DNA of 64,000 bases from Camelus dromedarius. Its lineage: Eukaryota. The notes below the pieces were generated by a model. That model was given only the letters and a program-made list of their open reading frames with translations. It made no database searches and was not told where the DNA came from. The stretch spans positions 73,534,001 to 73,598,000 of the forward strand of contig NC_087437.1 in the NCBI RefSeq assembly GCF_036321535.1. Direction: 5' to 3'. Position 1 is the first letter of the stretch; each line of letters opens with the position of its first letter. Below are positions 1-13,358 of the stretch, piece by piece. The position numbers were made by a program, and so were the translations under genes.

Positions 1-47
1 CACTGCAGTCCTGAAGCCCTACCTCCGTTGGTTTATTTAAAAATTTC

Positions 48-245
<198 letters not shown>

Positions 246-904
246 TGCTTTTCTTCTTCTCCTTATCCCCCCCTCCTTCTTACACAGTAATGTTTTACAG
301 TAAATATATATACACAGTACATATAAAAGCTGTTTTCCCAGTTTTCTAATTCAAAGTCTTTCTTAGTCAAAGAGAGAAATTCAGAGGTGAGCTGCTCCAA
401 CTCCCTCAGTTTATAACATAGGAAACTGACATTCAGAATGAGGAAGTAATTTTCTTCTTTCAGGAAAAATCAGGAAAAAGAATTCCAATCCCCCAGAGCC
501 TAGCCCAGAACGGTACCAAGAGTGAGCCTTCCTGCCATGCAGAGGCTGTGACACTGTCCCACCCCTCCTCTGTCCACATGCAGGGGATAAGGGCTCCCCC
601 AATGTGCTAGCCTCTGTGAGCACTTGCCATGACGTCTTAAAGATGGTGTGGCAGCAGCTGCAGGAGTTGTCAAGAATCCGGCACCTGCCCCTGCTGGTCT
701 GGCTGGACGCCAGGCTGGCTGCGCTGGGATGTCCCCTTACTAGGTGATGGAGATTCCCCAGTCCTGATCCTCACCTTGCTGTAGTGGATTCTCAGCTAAT
801 GTTAAACGGCTGCACCAATTCTGGCCTTTCTTGGAGCAAAGAATTTTCATTTAGCTTCACCACCAGCCCTCCCGGCTCTGTCCAGAGCACAAACAAGTAG
901 CCTG

Positions 905-1140
905 TACACCTTAATGGTTACTCATCAGGTTCTGGAACCTCCCAACTTGGATTTGAATCCCCAGGCTAGCACTGATGAGTTTCTAGCCTTGGGACCAATT
1001 ACTTAGTCTCTTTAAGACTCAGGTTTCTCAGCTATAAAATGAAGAAAAGATTAGGAGCCTCATAGAATTGACTTGAGGATCAAATAAACTTGTAAGCAAA
1101 AATCACTGGCATGTTCAAGGCACTTGGGAAACATTAACCA
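905..1140 (+). mobile_element. MIR SINE
   Basis: ggatttgaatccc...ttacttagtctct...ctcaggtttctcagctataaaatg...cctcatagaattg...tgaggat resembles the MIR core. Confidence 0.7.
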
Positions 1141-1265
1141 TTTTTTTTTCCTAGTTAAGAGATCCTGAGTGAAAATGGGGTCACTTTGATAGTTCTACCA
1201 TATCTCATTGGCTGTCACTGGTCATTGCTGGACTCTAGACCTCTACACAACTTTATTGCCCCTGC

Positions 1266-1742
1266 TCAGGTATCTCTGAGAAGACAACAAGGGTGTTTCT
1301 CCCTTGTGCTCAGTCTCAGCAAGACTGGGCATTTATCCTGTGGCACATTTGCACGGTGCTCCTGCCTCTTCTGGTGCAGGTGCTGCCGTCGATTTCTCCT
1401 GCACTGGCCTCTTCTGCTGGGGTTGCCGCTGCCGCGGAAACTGGGGCTTATTCTGTAGTGAACTGAGGTGGGGGAAATGCCTCTCTCCCCTTTTAAGGGG
1501 CTATCCTTTATTAGAAGATCTTCCAAAGTAGTTGTAACTTGCTTTCCAATGCCTTTTAGTTTTGACTCAGAGCTTCTGTCTGTAGATCTGAGTCCCTGGA
1601 GGGCTGGAATGGCAGAAACCAAGCTGGTTTCATCAGCGGAGCCTTTGGATCTGACTCCTACTTTTCTTAGGAAGAATTATCTTCCAAGAAGTTCCAGAAT
1701 CCTTTGGGCCAATAAACGTTAGTAGCCAGGTGTCGAGTCCAT
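1266..1742 (-). pseudogene. Candidate disrupted ORF or terminal exon encoding a small basic Arg/Gln-rich protein, unidentified
   Basis: One frame from ATG 1742 to TGA 1266 interrupted only by TAA at 1721 and 1679; minus-strand AATAAA at 1257-1252 just after the stop; non-repetitive. No family recognised. Confidence 0.3.
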
Positions 1743-2764
1743 AAGATTTCCCCAAGCATGTTTGAATCTCATCTATGCGGCCCCTGTTAATGTTCATTTA
1801 ATTTGAAATGGCAGAATTCATATCAGTAATACTTAAGGAAGATATTAACTCATTTAAGAGGAGGGAGTAAAGCACAGTGTGTGTGACCAGCCACCACCTG
1901 AGTCACAGTTAAAACTTTTCCCAGGCATTAAAACCTGCTACACAGGAAAGCTATGGACTTAACTTTTTCATCTTAACAGCAAAATCTTATATCTGTTTCA
2001 GAATGGCTAATTTAAAAATCTGGTCTGCCTAAGGCCTGTCAGTGTTTAAGTGACTGGTATTGGTTCTCATTTTTGGCTTCAACCTTCAGCATCTCTTCAG
2101 CTGCCACTTACTAAGGGACTAGGTGTGGGAGATGCCAGGGATAACAAGGAAGTGATTTGTCAGCTTAAGGAATGTCACTGGTCATCAAAGAATCTTTTTT
2201 CTTTGGTATGAGCTGTAAAATCTATCCGAGTCACCAAGTCAGACAGGTGACACTTGGTACATCTACAGAAACTGAACATTTATGCCAATTACAGACTGTG
2301 TATGAGGGAGAACAGAACTGATTTAGCCACTAGACAGGTAACTCACCTTAGGGCTCTGAAAAAAAGAGCTTAATGTTAAGTAACAACCAAAATAGAAGCT
2401 AAATTTGACCTTACTAGTTCCAGTCTGCTGCCATCACTCTGTTTTATTTCTTTTAGTGTCATGGATTTAGGGTCAAAGCCTTATAAAGGAGTGGATTTCC
2501 TAAAATAAGTTAATTAGAATTTTTTGAGGCAGAAATATGAATATTTATATACAATATAAAATGTATAATATTATGAATGTAAATTTATAAGTAATAAGAA
2601 GTGCCACAAGGGATTAACAATATATACATTGTTTGTTCCTACTTGCAACTTTCTACATTCTAATTTGAATAAAGATACATACATGAAAAAGGAACTGGTA
2701 ATTCCATGAAATAATTCCATGACAAATAAGTGGAATAGATACTTGACACTTAGAATGGAGTATT

Positions 2765-3530
2765 CCCTTTATTTGGGACAGCCAGGGGAGTTTCTTACAG
2801 GAAATGTGATCTAAGCTGGTCTTTGAAAGATGGGAAAAGTGAATATAGGTGGATAGTTAAGAGGAAAGGAACTGTTTTGTTACAGAAATGAAGTAAAGAG
2901 AAAAGCCAGAGTCAGGAAAATACAAGGTGTTTTTGTGGGGACTGTGAGTAGACTGTTTAGGCTGGAGCAAAGGGATGAATTTAGGAGGACAGCTGTGGAA
3001 GGAAAGCTGGGATACAGGTTGAAGCTCTGTTGTGAATTTTTGAGTGCTAGGCTAAGGACTTAATATATTTTCAAATAGTCAAAAAGAGCACCTTTGAAGC
3101 TGTATTATTCCATGTTGGAATCCTTTTTGAACAATTGATGTATGATGGCTTTGTAATGTACTTTCTTGTAAATGCACAAAGTCATGTTTTGGAGAGTCAG
3201 TCTTGAAAGTGTGAGGGATGGTTCAGGGAGGTGAAACTAAAAATAGGCAGGCCAGTTAAGAGGCTTAGAATATTATGTGAGTTGATCTTTGGTAGAATTT
3301 AGAATAGCTAATGGTTGATCTAGAAAGAAAAGCCTCCAGAATAATGTGGGAATAAATAATTAAATAAGTAAACATGTTTGTGAAGAGTCACAGGACTTGG
3401 CGACTTACTGACTCCAAAGAAGAAGGAAGAAGGAGAATGAGAGGTGACTGCCGGGATAAGCTTGGGAGATGATGGGACCAACAGCAGAAGTGGGAAGATC
3501 AAGAGAGGAAATGAATTTTTGCTTGGATTA
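2765..3530 (-). mobile_element. L2 LINE fragment
   Basis: ggaaatgtgatctaagctggtctttgaaagatggg...ggctggagcaaaggg...aggcaggccagttaagaggct, reverse complement of the L2 3' region. Confidence 0.65.
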
Positions 3531-3954
3531 TTGCTGTCTTCCTAAATGTCCTTTTTAAGAAATCTTTCACCCTGGCAAACTTTAGTTCCATTCAGATCTC
3601 AAGGCCTGTAAAGGCCATCTGCTGAGAGCAATTAAGACTAAGCACGTGAGAGTGGGTTGTATAGTATAAAGCAGTTAGGTAAAGGGTCAAATACATTGAC
3701 ACCATTGACTACCCTCTGAATTTGTTAGAAATTATTCTCTGAAAATGTCACTGTTATATGGAATTGCATTCATTTTTCTCCAATACATCAGTACTATCTC
3801 TAGGGGATTTGTTTTAAATATTAAGTAGCTAACTCCTTAAATGAATAAGGCTTCAGTTAATTATTATTTTCTTTACTAAGAGATTTTCATAATAGCATTT
3901 GAAATTTGAGATTGGTAATGCTAGTTGAATTCATCTATATTGCTAAACGATTAT

Positions 3955-4130
3955 TGAGTCAGATGGGACTGAGTTTGAATCCTTGCTCTCTACTTAATAA
4001 CCATATGATCTTTTGTCAAAGCAGTTCCCTTGGTAGAGTAAGACGTGGTGAAGATTTAAGTGAGTTAATATGTGTGAAGGACTTGTTGCAACGTTTGGCG
4101 TAAGCTGATAAACTTTGAATAAAATTTAGG
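3955..4130 (+). mobile_element. MIR fragment
   Basis: gagtcagatgggactgagtttgaatccttgctct...gtgaagatttaagtgagttaatatgtgtgaag. Confidence 0.65.
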
Positions 4131-4377
4131 TAATGTATTTTGAACCCCAGAACAAAATAAGGTCACATTTCTTTAAATATCTCATTCAGTATGACCTGAA
4201 GAAGGCATCTTGCCATTGTAAGAACAACTCTGCCCTGGCAGAGCCCAGAACCCAGAGGCTATCTTAGATCTTGTGGTTAATTGGGATTGTAATCAAATCC
4301 CATCAAGAGGAAATCAGTTGGTTGGTTGTCTGCATCCTTTGGTCTCACTACGTAGGTGCTGGCTATTGAAAATAGTA

Positions 4378-5217
4378 TAATACTCTCTCTTTATCTGTGG
4401 GGGATACATTCCAAGACCCCCAGTGGAGGCTGAAACCATAGACAGTACTGAACCCTATTTATAGTATGTTTTTTTCTGTACATACATACCTATGATAAAG
4501 TTTAATTTATAAATTAGGCACAGTAAGAGCTTAACAATGACAACTAATAGTAAAATAGAACAATTATAACAATATAGTATAATAAAAATTAGGTGAATAT
4601 TGTCTCTGTCAAAATATCTTATTGTACAAATTTGGTATCTTTTCCATCTTAACGAAGCACGTATCACACCTTGTGGCCATAACTTTCGCAATTTGAAGTG
4701 CAACAGCAAAACTAGAACGAATTTCTGGTTCATTTTCTAGTTCATTTCTAGCCCAATTTCTTTTTCCTTCTTCAAAATTTCACCAAAAGATTTGTTCTTA
4801 TCATAGATCTTAGCAGCCTCAGCATACAATTTTTTTTCTTATAAGTCTAGAACTTTCACCTTTTCATTTAAGGTAAATACAGCTTCTCTTTGGCATAGCA
4901 AATTGCCAGCACCACTATTCTGGCATTTGGGGACCATTGTTAAGTAAAATAATAGCTACTTGCACAGCACTGTGATACAGTAATGGTTGAGATGATAACC
5001 GAGACGGTTACTAGGTGACTACTGGGTGAGATACGCCAGACAAAGGGATGGTTTACGTCCCAGGTGGGACAGAGTGAGATTTCATCACACTACTCAGAAT
5101 GGCCCACTATTTTAATCTTCTGAATTGTTTATTTCTGGAATTTTCCATTTAGTTTTTTTGGACCATGGAACTGAAGTCTCTGAAAGGGAAACTGCAGGTA
5201 AGGAGTGGGGACGACTG
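4378..5217 (+). mobile_element. MER44 (Tigger7-derived TcMar non-autonomous DNA transposon)
   Basis: Left end ttatctgtgggggatacattccaagacccccagtgga and right end gaaactgcaggtaaggagtggggacgactg match recalled MER44 termini; TA at 4376-4377 and 5218-5219. Confidence 0.85.
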
Positions 5218-6698
5218 TACTGCCTTTCTGCTGTGCCCCACTGAGGTGCCTCCGGGTGCAGGTCTGCACAGGGAGAGGAAGTCTTCTTAACCAAGGTCAT
5301 CCAAGCCATGGTCGGTCACCCAGAGCCAGCAGACAGCTGGGCCTCCGACATCAGGCAGCTCTCAGGTTTGCGTGCACACACTCAAACTTGCATACACAGC
5401 TTTTATCCCTCGCTTCTATGGCAGATACACTCTGTCAGAATGGCTGGTTTAGGCAAGTTTCCACAGAAATAATCTATGTCTAAAACAGTCTAGGCCTTGT
5501 CTGGAGCCTGGCTCTCTAGTACAGAATTTGTTTCTCATATTGAATCTTCTCTGAGCAGCTAAAGCACCAGCTAATTTCAGCCGTGTCAACCTTAGTCTGC
5601 TGGAGGTGTTTGAATAACCTGCAACCTCAAAGGGGATGAGGGTGAAGTTTTTTATCTCTTTCTTTCCAGAAATCACTTTAGAAATGTGCCCATTTCTATG
5701 CCAGCATTCTTAGAGCTCCCGATTCCAAGGGACCTATGGTGGAACAGCTTCAGTTACAAGGTAAAAAGAAAAAGGAAGCCTGTTATGCCTTTACCTCCGA
5801 CAATGGATGCCTATTTGTTTTACACCACTTAATGCAAAATGGTTCTTCCCACAGCTAATTGATGTTTCTCCTTGTAGAAACCAAAGGGGTTGGCAGTTTT
5901 AAAAATGCATGTTCTCTCATTAGAAAACTTAAAGTTCTGCCTCACCAGTCATCCCTCTACACTCTTATTTTTATTCTTATTATTGTTATTTCAGAAATGA
6001 GGAGCTAAAAAAGCCCCTTGAGAAGACAACTTGAGAGAAAGATAAATCTGATTTTTTAAAAATCCTGTCCTCAAGTCAATCACCATTCTAGCTTTGGTCT
6101 GTCATACACAAGATGATACCCTAACCTTCTAACGAGGTTTTCTTGTATGATATATTGAATATAAGATCCATTTCAGATGACCACATTTGTAATTTTTTTC
6201 ATTTAAGAATTTCTCAGTAGTTTGTCCCTTTAAAAAAGGAAATTCTCATTTGTCATAGTTCACATGAAAACCAGGTAACCACCTTCTACCTGTGGCTGTA
6301 ATAAAGGGAGAAAGAGCCTTGCTGTTACAGTGTGGTCACTGTTAGTTTGACATTCTCATCAAAGAAGACAGCTCTCCAAGCAAGCCCGTCCTTAAAACCA
6401 GAGCCAGACTTGTCAGTACCTCGGAACCAGAAAAACTTGATTTCCAGAACTGTGATCAAACTGTCAGGGCAGTGCTGCTTCCATGGGAATCAAGACAAGC
6501 CCACCTGTCTGATTTCTTCCCAGACATAACTAAGAACTCCAAAGAGAAGCCAACCAGCCAGATGAAAGACATCAAACAATTGCATCACTATTTCCCTTGA
6601 GGGATTTGCTCCTGAAGACTTAAGAAAACTCTCTTAAATTAGCTCTAATTAAATGCTGTGAATATGCTGTTCCACCATTCAGAAAATAGATTGCCTCG

Positions 6699-6701
6699 TT
6701 G

Positions 6702-6732
<31 letters not shown>
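6699..6732. repeat. (TG)n followed by poly-T
   Basis: Seen directly. Confidence 0.9.
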
Positions 6733-7704
6733 TAATGTTACTAGTGGAGTCAGAGAATTGAGATTCTTTTAAAGAAGATTAAAAGTATGGAAGGGACAAA
6801 AAATAGTAGGGTAAGGGGGGAAAAAAAAAAAAGAAAAACCAGAAAGTAAGGACAAGGCTATTCTGGATCCCCTGTGATTAAGTGAATGATGGCCCTAGGT
6901 AATCATTCAGTGTGTGCTGACAGAATTGGTTTGCATGATCACTCAGGTGGTACGCTCGCCATATTGATTATGGAGTGATATGTATAGATTATTAAGATGA
7001 CTAATGGTGCCTTTCTCACCACACTGGTGACTGCATGTTCAGGTAAGATCAAGTTATTTTGTATAGACTATTTCTTAGGATGTGCAGTGGGGGAGGTGGC
7101 AGAAGGAGAATTCACCAGGCACCCTGCTTGAAGTCATCCTTACAAAATTGGGTTATTTTCAGATTTACCATAAAGTGTTTCTGCACAAAGGAAATGTTTT
7201 GTGGAAGGAATTCATGACACCATACAAGCATGTTTCTTTAATTGGAAACTGGATACACTCTACTAAGCATTTTATTGGAATATTTATTTCACACTTCAGG
7301 AATGATCCTGAGAGAAATGCTTTGTGATTAACTGTGATTGCCCACATATTAAAAATGAGTAAAGGAAGAAGAATGAATATGCAATTCAGAGGCAGGCTTC
7401 CAATTCTTTATTCATTTTCTAACATTTCTACCAATATCATTTCTCCCAAAGATAATAATATTAAGCAGGGCATCAATACCAAAGCTAGTCAGCCTGGTAC
7501 CCTGTTATCTCTTGGTGTTATTTCAATCTTTTAATATAATTCCGCTGTAAATAGGAAGCTAGAGATAGCATTTTAATCCAACAAGCAGTTTTATTTTAAC
7601 AGAGGGAAAAAATGAGACGCAAGACCTGGACTGTTTTTATGTTCTTAGATAATACTCCTGACTCACAAACTAGTGGCTTTTTTGTTCATTTTATTGAATG
7701 AATA

Positions 7705-7878
7705 GATCCTGTACGGTCCCTGGATGGGGAGCATCAGCATCACTTGGAAACTTATGAAGAAAGCAGATTCTCAGGTCAGTCCTAGACTTACTGAATCAGA
7801 AACTCTGTGGTTGGGGGATCTCTGTTCTACCAGCCCTCCAGGATGATTCTGAAGCCCACCAAAGTTTGAGAACCACTG
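7705..7878. mobile_element. MER5A (hAT-Charlie MITE)
   Basis: gcatcagcatcacttggaaactt...gcagattctcagg...tactgaatcagaaactctg...aagtttgagaaccactg. Confidence 0.85.
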
Positions 7879-8755
7879 AATTACACTCTCCTTATTTTGC
7901 ATTCCAAGCGTGGTATGCAGCCAAGACTTAGCAAAAAGTATAATTCACTGCCTTTCACTTTGTAGTTTCATAAGCACAATGCTTCAAACAATTGAGCTAA
8001 GCAGGTATAGATAAAGGAAATATGTGACCTTCCCCCTACTTTCCCTTTTTTGGAAGGAAGCATGATACTTAAAGGCAGGTAGTTAAAGGTCTCGTTTCAA
8101 GTGTCTGGGGTGTTTTAGTAGTTGTAGGGCTTGAAACCAGTTCTTTGACCCCTCCACCTGTAAGCACGTTCTTCATGGAGTTGTTTTGAGTATGAAGTGA
8201 GATCCGGCAGACTCTAGCACATACAGTGCCTTTATGTGAATTAGAAAAAGGTGCCCTCTGATGAGGGGAAGCTAATATTGTCCACGTGTCTTCCTAAATT
8301 TGGTGAAGAGAACCTGGGCTGGACTTCAGCCCTGACTTCTGCCTGCTTATCTGGACTCCTCTGTCCAGGGCACATGTATATACAGAGTTCTGAATGAGAT
8401 AATGTTTATAAAGCACATGGCATATAAGAGTTGCTTTTTATACAGTATGTTACATAATAACACACATCACACATAAACATAATTTTCTTTATATGCACCC
8501 ATCACAGTTCATGGAGAGGAAAGTACTGGGAAGTCACTTGCTTATCAGTGAAGATGTTGAAACTGCCTAGTAAAAGCTTAAGAAGAATCATCGCATTTCT
8601 CAATGCTGTGATGCATGGATCGAATTAACAGGTTAATCGAAAGCATTTGATTTTACCCTTCATGCAGTATAGATATATCCTCTCTGGATGGTTAAAAACA
8701 AGATCTGAAAAGAAAACTGTTCACGTTTGCCACTCAGATACCACCCATGACTTAC

Positions 8756-8932
8756 CTAATGAGTGATGCAGTAATTTAAATAGGGCATTGACATTGAGAA
8801 ATAATAAATAAGACTTAGATACACATGACTTGTGGAGAGGCTATTCCCTGACATGATATCCTCTAGGTGCTGAAGTCTGGTTTCACATCCTTTTTTATGG
8901 GCAAAGGTCACCAGGAAGAAAAGCCTGGGCTT
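8756..8932 (-). ncRNA. Candidate internal exon (177 nt) of a minus-strand, probably non-coding transcript
   Basis: Minus strand: ctcac, about 40-nt polypyrimidine tract, ttttgcag acceptor at 8934-8933, and consensus TAG/GTAAGT donor at 8755; all three frames contain stops. Confidence 0.35.
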
Positions 8933-10814
8933 CTGCAAAAGGAGGGTGAAGAGGGAGGCATAAGAAGGGGAAGAGTGAGGTTTTTGGCTTCTTCACAAGT
9001 TTACCTAGGGTTGACCGTTCCTGGAGCTCTACATTTAAGAACTTGGGTGTTCTTACCCTGGGAAAGGCGCATCACCTGCTGTCAGGTCTGGCTGTCTTAG
9101 ACTTTGGCATTCACTTTTACACAGCTCGTTATTACTATCATCATTCCCTGGTGTAGGGCGCTGGCATCCTGCCTAATGTTCATCATTACACACTAAATTG
9201 CCACAATGAAAATGATGCAACAAAGCACTGGCTTTAAAAGCAACAAATCCTTTAAAGTCTGCACTAAATTCTTGTCTGTACATTACTGGGTTACAGTACT
9301 ACTACCATAGTTAAATGCTATATGAGGAAATGTAACAAGATATTATGTGGCCAGAGAAAAATGCTAACCTAAATAGCATTGTTAAATGTAACACAGGAAA
9401 TAAAACTGGAAATCACTATTAGAACACTGCTCATGTTACAATGTCAGAGTCATGCATAATGCAAGAGTGGAATTGCTTACAGAGACTTTACACAAGAGAA
9501 TTTAAACTTGCTTCTGTGGACATGAGGAACTGCCCTTTGAAGCATGGGCTCTGATGAGATTCTGCCTGGTGCTAACAGCATTCCAAGGGAATGCTCTCTT
9601 TCCATCTGATGCGTATTTATTTATAGGGTGCTGAATGCAGGAGTGTTCGTACTACGTGGCAGATTGCAGCTCCACCATGTTTTTCATTAATCACCTTTTC
9701 TTTGGCATCTTCACCATTGCTTTATTATTGATCTGCTTTTGAACCCTCTCTGTGAATAAACCTACAATCACAAAATTACCCATTGATCAATGTCAGCAAA
9801 CACATTCCTGCAAACACAACCTTTAACTCCTTTTCTCCCTGAACCTCGTTCCATTTCACCTCTTGGGCAAAGGCCTGAAAAAACAGATGATTATTGTATT
9901 ATTCCCTGAAGGTCAACAAATCCAGACATCGCTGGGTTTACAAGGCTGAACGTAAAGCCCACCTCAAAGAGAATACTTTTCCTCTGCTGCAGAGATTTTA
10001 AGTCGAAAGGTCTTTCTTATGCATTCTACCATTTTCCTCTCCTTGTGTTAAAGACTGTAGATCACATACTGGTTTTTGTTGCCACATGCAGAGGAGTCAC
10101 CATCTCTGAATACATGGACCAAATACAAATATATTTATCCACATACTAACCTCTCTAATTTGGACATAATTAGAGAAAGGGCTATTTAATTAGTGAAAAG
10201 TCTTAAATTATAGATGACTGATTACTTTTGAGTACATAAAGTAATGGCAGGAAATGACTAACAGTGTTGCCAAGTGTAAGACCTGCCAGGCCTGTTTTAA
10301 TGAATAGCTAAAGATCACTGAAATTAGCACAATAATTGTATGCATGTAAATTGCTTCTGCTAAGTGCATTAAAATGTTGTTCTCTTTGTAATCACGTTGA
10401 AATTATTTATTTGGTTAGTACACCCTTTCACAATTATTCATGAAAGACAAAGACGTGAACTTCAACGTAGTCCCTGCCTAAATCGGGACACTACCAATTA
10501 GGTGCCTCCACATTTTACCAGGCACGCCAAGGACTCATGACTTATTTTTAAAAAAATCCAAAATGCACATCTAATAAACCCCCCTTTCAAAGTACACATT
10601 TCCTTGCTTCACGTCTTTCAGTCTCGCAGAGGGTAAGAAAGATCTCGGAGTCCAGATCAAACTCCCCAGGTGCTCATGCCTCGAGGGCACCAGCACTTCA
10701 GGGCTGTGAGACCTTGTGCACAGTGCTGACTCTGAGCCTTAGTTTCTCTTCTGCCCTCCAGGATTGTTGTGAGAAGCACATGGACAAAAGGATGCTTTGA
10801 AAGTGTTTATCAAA

Positions 10815-10965
10815 CTTCCATGATGATAAAAATCACCTGGGGGCACTTGTCACAACATTTTCCCAGGCTCTTTCTCTGAGGTCTCTGCACCTACTGATTC
10901 AGGGGTGGCCATCAGCCACCCCAGGAGATTCTTTCCCTCTGAAAACAGTTTGGAGACACCTGGCT
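10815..10965. mobile_element. MER5-like fragment
   Basis: aatcacctgggggcacttg...ccccaggagattct...agtttggagacacctg. Confidence 0.5.
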
Positions 10966-11049
10966 TACAGTAGTTTCTTTTCTGTCACATTCTGTGCAGT
11001 CTATGTTGTCTTAGCGAGCCAAGAAAAACAAAGGAAAAGTAAAGATATA

Positions 11050-11500
11050 GAACCAAAAAGTCATCACAGCATCTTCGACAATTTTTCCTTCAATATCTCC
11101 AGGGAAGGGGAGTTCACCATCTTATAGAAAGAGCAGTTTTCTCTACAGTTGAACAGTTCCATTGGTTCAGAAGACATCTCTTACTGTGTTGGAATCTCTT
11201 CTTTTGAAGTTCTATTCTTGCCTGATATTTGTAGCAATATGAAAAAAGTCTACTCACTCATCCATTTGACAGACTTTTAAACTTTAAAGGCGATCTCTTA
11301 TCTCCTTTTGATTTTCCGTCTTCAAGCTAAATAGACCAAGTTCCTCCCGCCATTATTGGTCATGGAACATAGTTTCTATAGTTCTCACAATCTTAGTCAC
11401 CCTCCTCTGGAGCCCACTTGAGACTACCAATTTTCCTCTTAAAATGTGTTTTGTGACAGACTTGAATAGAATGCTATAAATTTCCTAGTAGGACAGAATA
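11050..11500 (-). mobile_element. L3/CR1 LINE 3' region
   Basis: ctccagggaaggggagttcacca...tcttcaagctaaatagaccaagttcct...agtcaccctcctctgga...cctcttaaaatgtg collinear with the reverse-complement CR1/L3 consensus as recalled. Confidence 0.7.
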
Positions 11501-11559
11501 TAGACAATCCATATTTCTATAAAAAATGCTCAAAATAGATTATTTGAAAAGAACGATTC

Positions 11560-11750
11560 ATTGAAGTTAGCAGTTTCTAGCTCCAGCTGTTTGACTTCCT
11601 ACATGACCTTAGATGAGTCAGTCAGCACATCCAGATGCTGGAAGACTGATCTCTGAAACTGGGATAGCAATCTTCATCTGCCTACTCACTTCTTAGGATT
11701 GTTCAGAGGACAAAATGTGAAAGAAAGCAGTTTAAATGATTATGTGCTAC
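11560..11750 (+). mobile_element. MIR fragment
   Basis: ttctagctccagct...atgaccttagatgagtca...atctctgaaactgggatagcaat...ggattgtt. Confidence 0.55.
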
Positions 11751-13208
11751 TTTTATGACTAAATCAACATAACTATGAAGTGATGTCAAGAATAATAATT
11801 TTTTAAAAAGTTAAGATTTTTTTAAAAATTAAAACAAACAAAATAGAAAATGGTTTGTTACCCTAACACTCCATATAAAATAAGAGTTATTAGGTTTTTA
11901 AAGGTTTTTTTTTTCTCTTGCTTCTATAGAAAACATATCACACATTGGCTCACATTAGGCTGATGCCAATTTAATAAAAATCTCTGAATTCTTTTTTTTT
12001 TTTAAATAGATTGTTGCCAAGCCAGGTTACCTGGAGTTTGCAAACTAGAATTCTGAACTTTACTTTTTTTTTTTTTTTTTTTAATACTTTCATGCTTCCA
12101 GGATGAGGGTCAATGCCGGGAGACTGGAATTACTACAAAACCTTAAAGGCTAATCTGTTAGGACTGAAGACAGAGTTGGACACCATCCCTTACCTCTCTT
12201 GAGTTTATTGGAATTCTCTTCAGGGAGGAAAGTGCAGTTGCAGGAGCATTTTATTCCTCAGTTCATTTCAGAGATTTTTATTATCAGTATTTTCCTTACC
12301 TTTTCTTCTTTTTCTTTTGGTATGATCTCAAGGTCACATTTAGAGTAAATGAGAAGTGGGTGTCGCTCTCTCTGACAAGAGATAGTGGCTGAGATTCATG
12401 GGAGAAAATGACCTCATTATAAATATAAAGACTTAGCCTTGCTGATGTTTTCAAATAATATCTAATTATCAAGGACACGCTTTTTGTCTAATGATGAGTG
12501 CAGATAGAAAAACAACACTGGAAGGAAATAAACCACAACATTAAAAGTGGTTAGTTCTAGTCAGTGAGATTAGAGGTGATTCCTTCTCACTTTCCTTCCT
12601 TATATTTTCAATATTTTCTATAATAAGCATGTATTCCTTTTATAATCAGAAACATGTTAGCAGGAAAGTGAAAGAAAGCAAAGTTCTCTAACTTTGCTGC
12701 TAGGTGAAATGTTGTTGTTTGTATTAGAAACACAATTTCATGAATACATTTTTTTTAACTAGTGCCAATTCTGGAAGGTGAGAAAAGGGCCTTTTTTATT
12801 CTTCTCCACATTTCATTTCATCCGATATGTAGGAGCCTCTTTTAATGATAGATTTCAGTGAGGGAAAGGCACCTGGGGCAACAATTGCAGGAGATTGCAT
12901 TACACTGTGACAAAATCTTTAGAAACGCTTTTCTGTCTGGGCAACCAAACAGACTGCAACAGGTGTAAATCCTTTTTCTTTTTTTTAAAGTAATTTTCAA
13001 GAAGATGTCTTACACATTGGGATGCACATTGATTATTAAAAAAATCTGGCCTATTTCCAAATAGTATTAAGACGGTCACTTCCATATTAATTTTCTTGTC
13101 TTTTATCTATATTTAGGAAGTCTGAAAGCTTCCTAGGTAGGGAAGTCTGACTGCTAGACTGAAAGCTCTACGAAAGAAGGAATGATGTCTGTTTGTCTGT
13201 CTGTTCTT

Positions 13209-13358
13209 TTTTAAAAATTTTATTTATTTATAATTTTTTTATTTTTTGGGGTGGGGGAGGTAATTGGGGTTTTATTTATTTACTTATTTTTAATGGAGGT
13301 ACTAGGGATTGAACCCAGGACGTGCTAGGCACGTGCTCTTCCACTTATACCCTCCTCC
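13209..13358 (-). mobile_element. tRNA-derived SINE (camelid Vic-1-like) with 16-bp TSD, inserted in an L2 tail
   Basis: Minus read ggaggagggtata...gtcctgggttcaatccctagtacctccattaaaaat...aattacctcccc plus A-rich tail; B box GGTTCAATCC; perfect TSD ttgtctgtctgttctt at 13193-13208 and 13359-13374. Confidence 0.9.

Noticed and set aside
13209..13358. tRNA gene
   Set aside because: Has a B box but also an A-rich tail, TSD and broken cloverleaf; it is a SINE.
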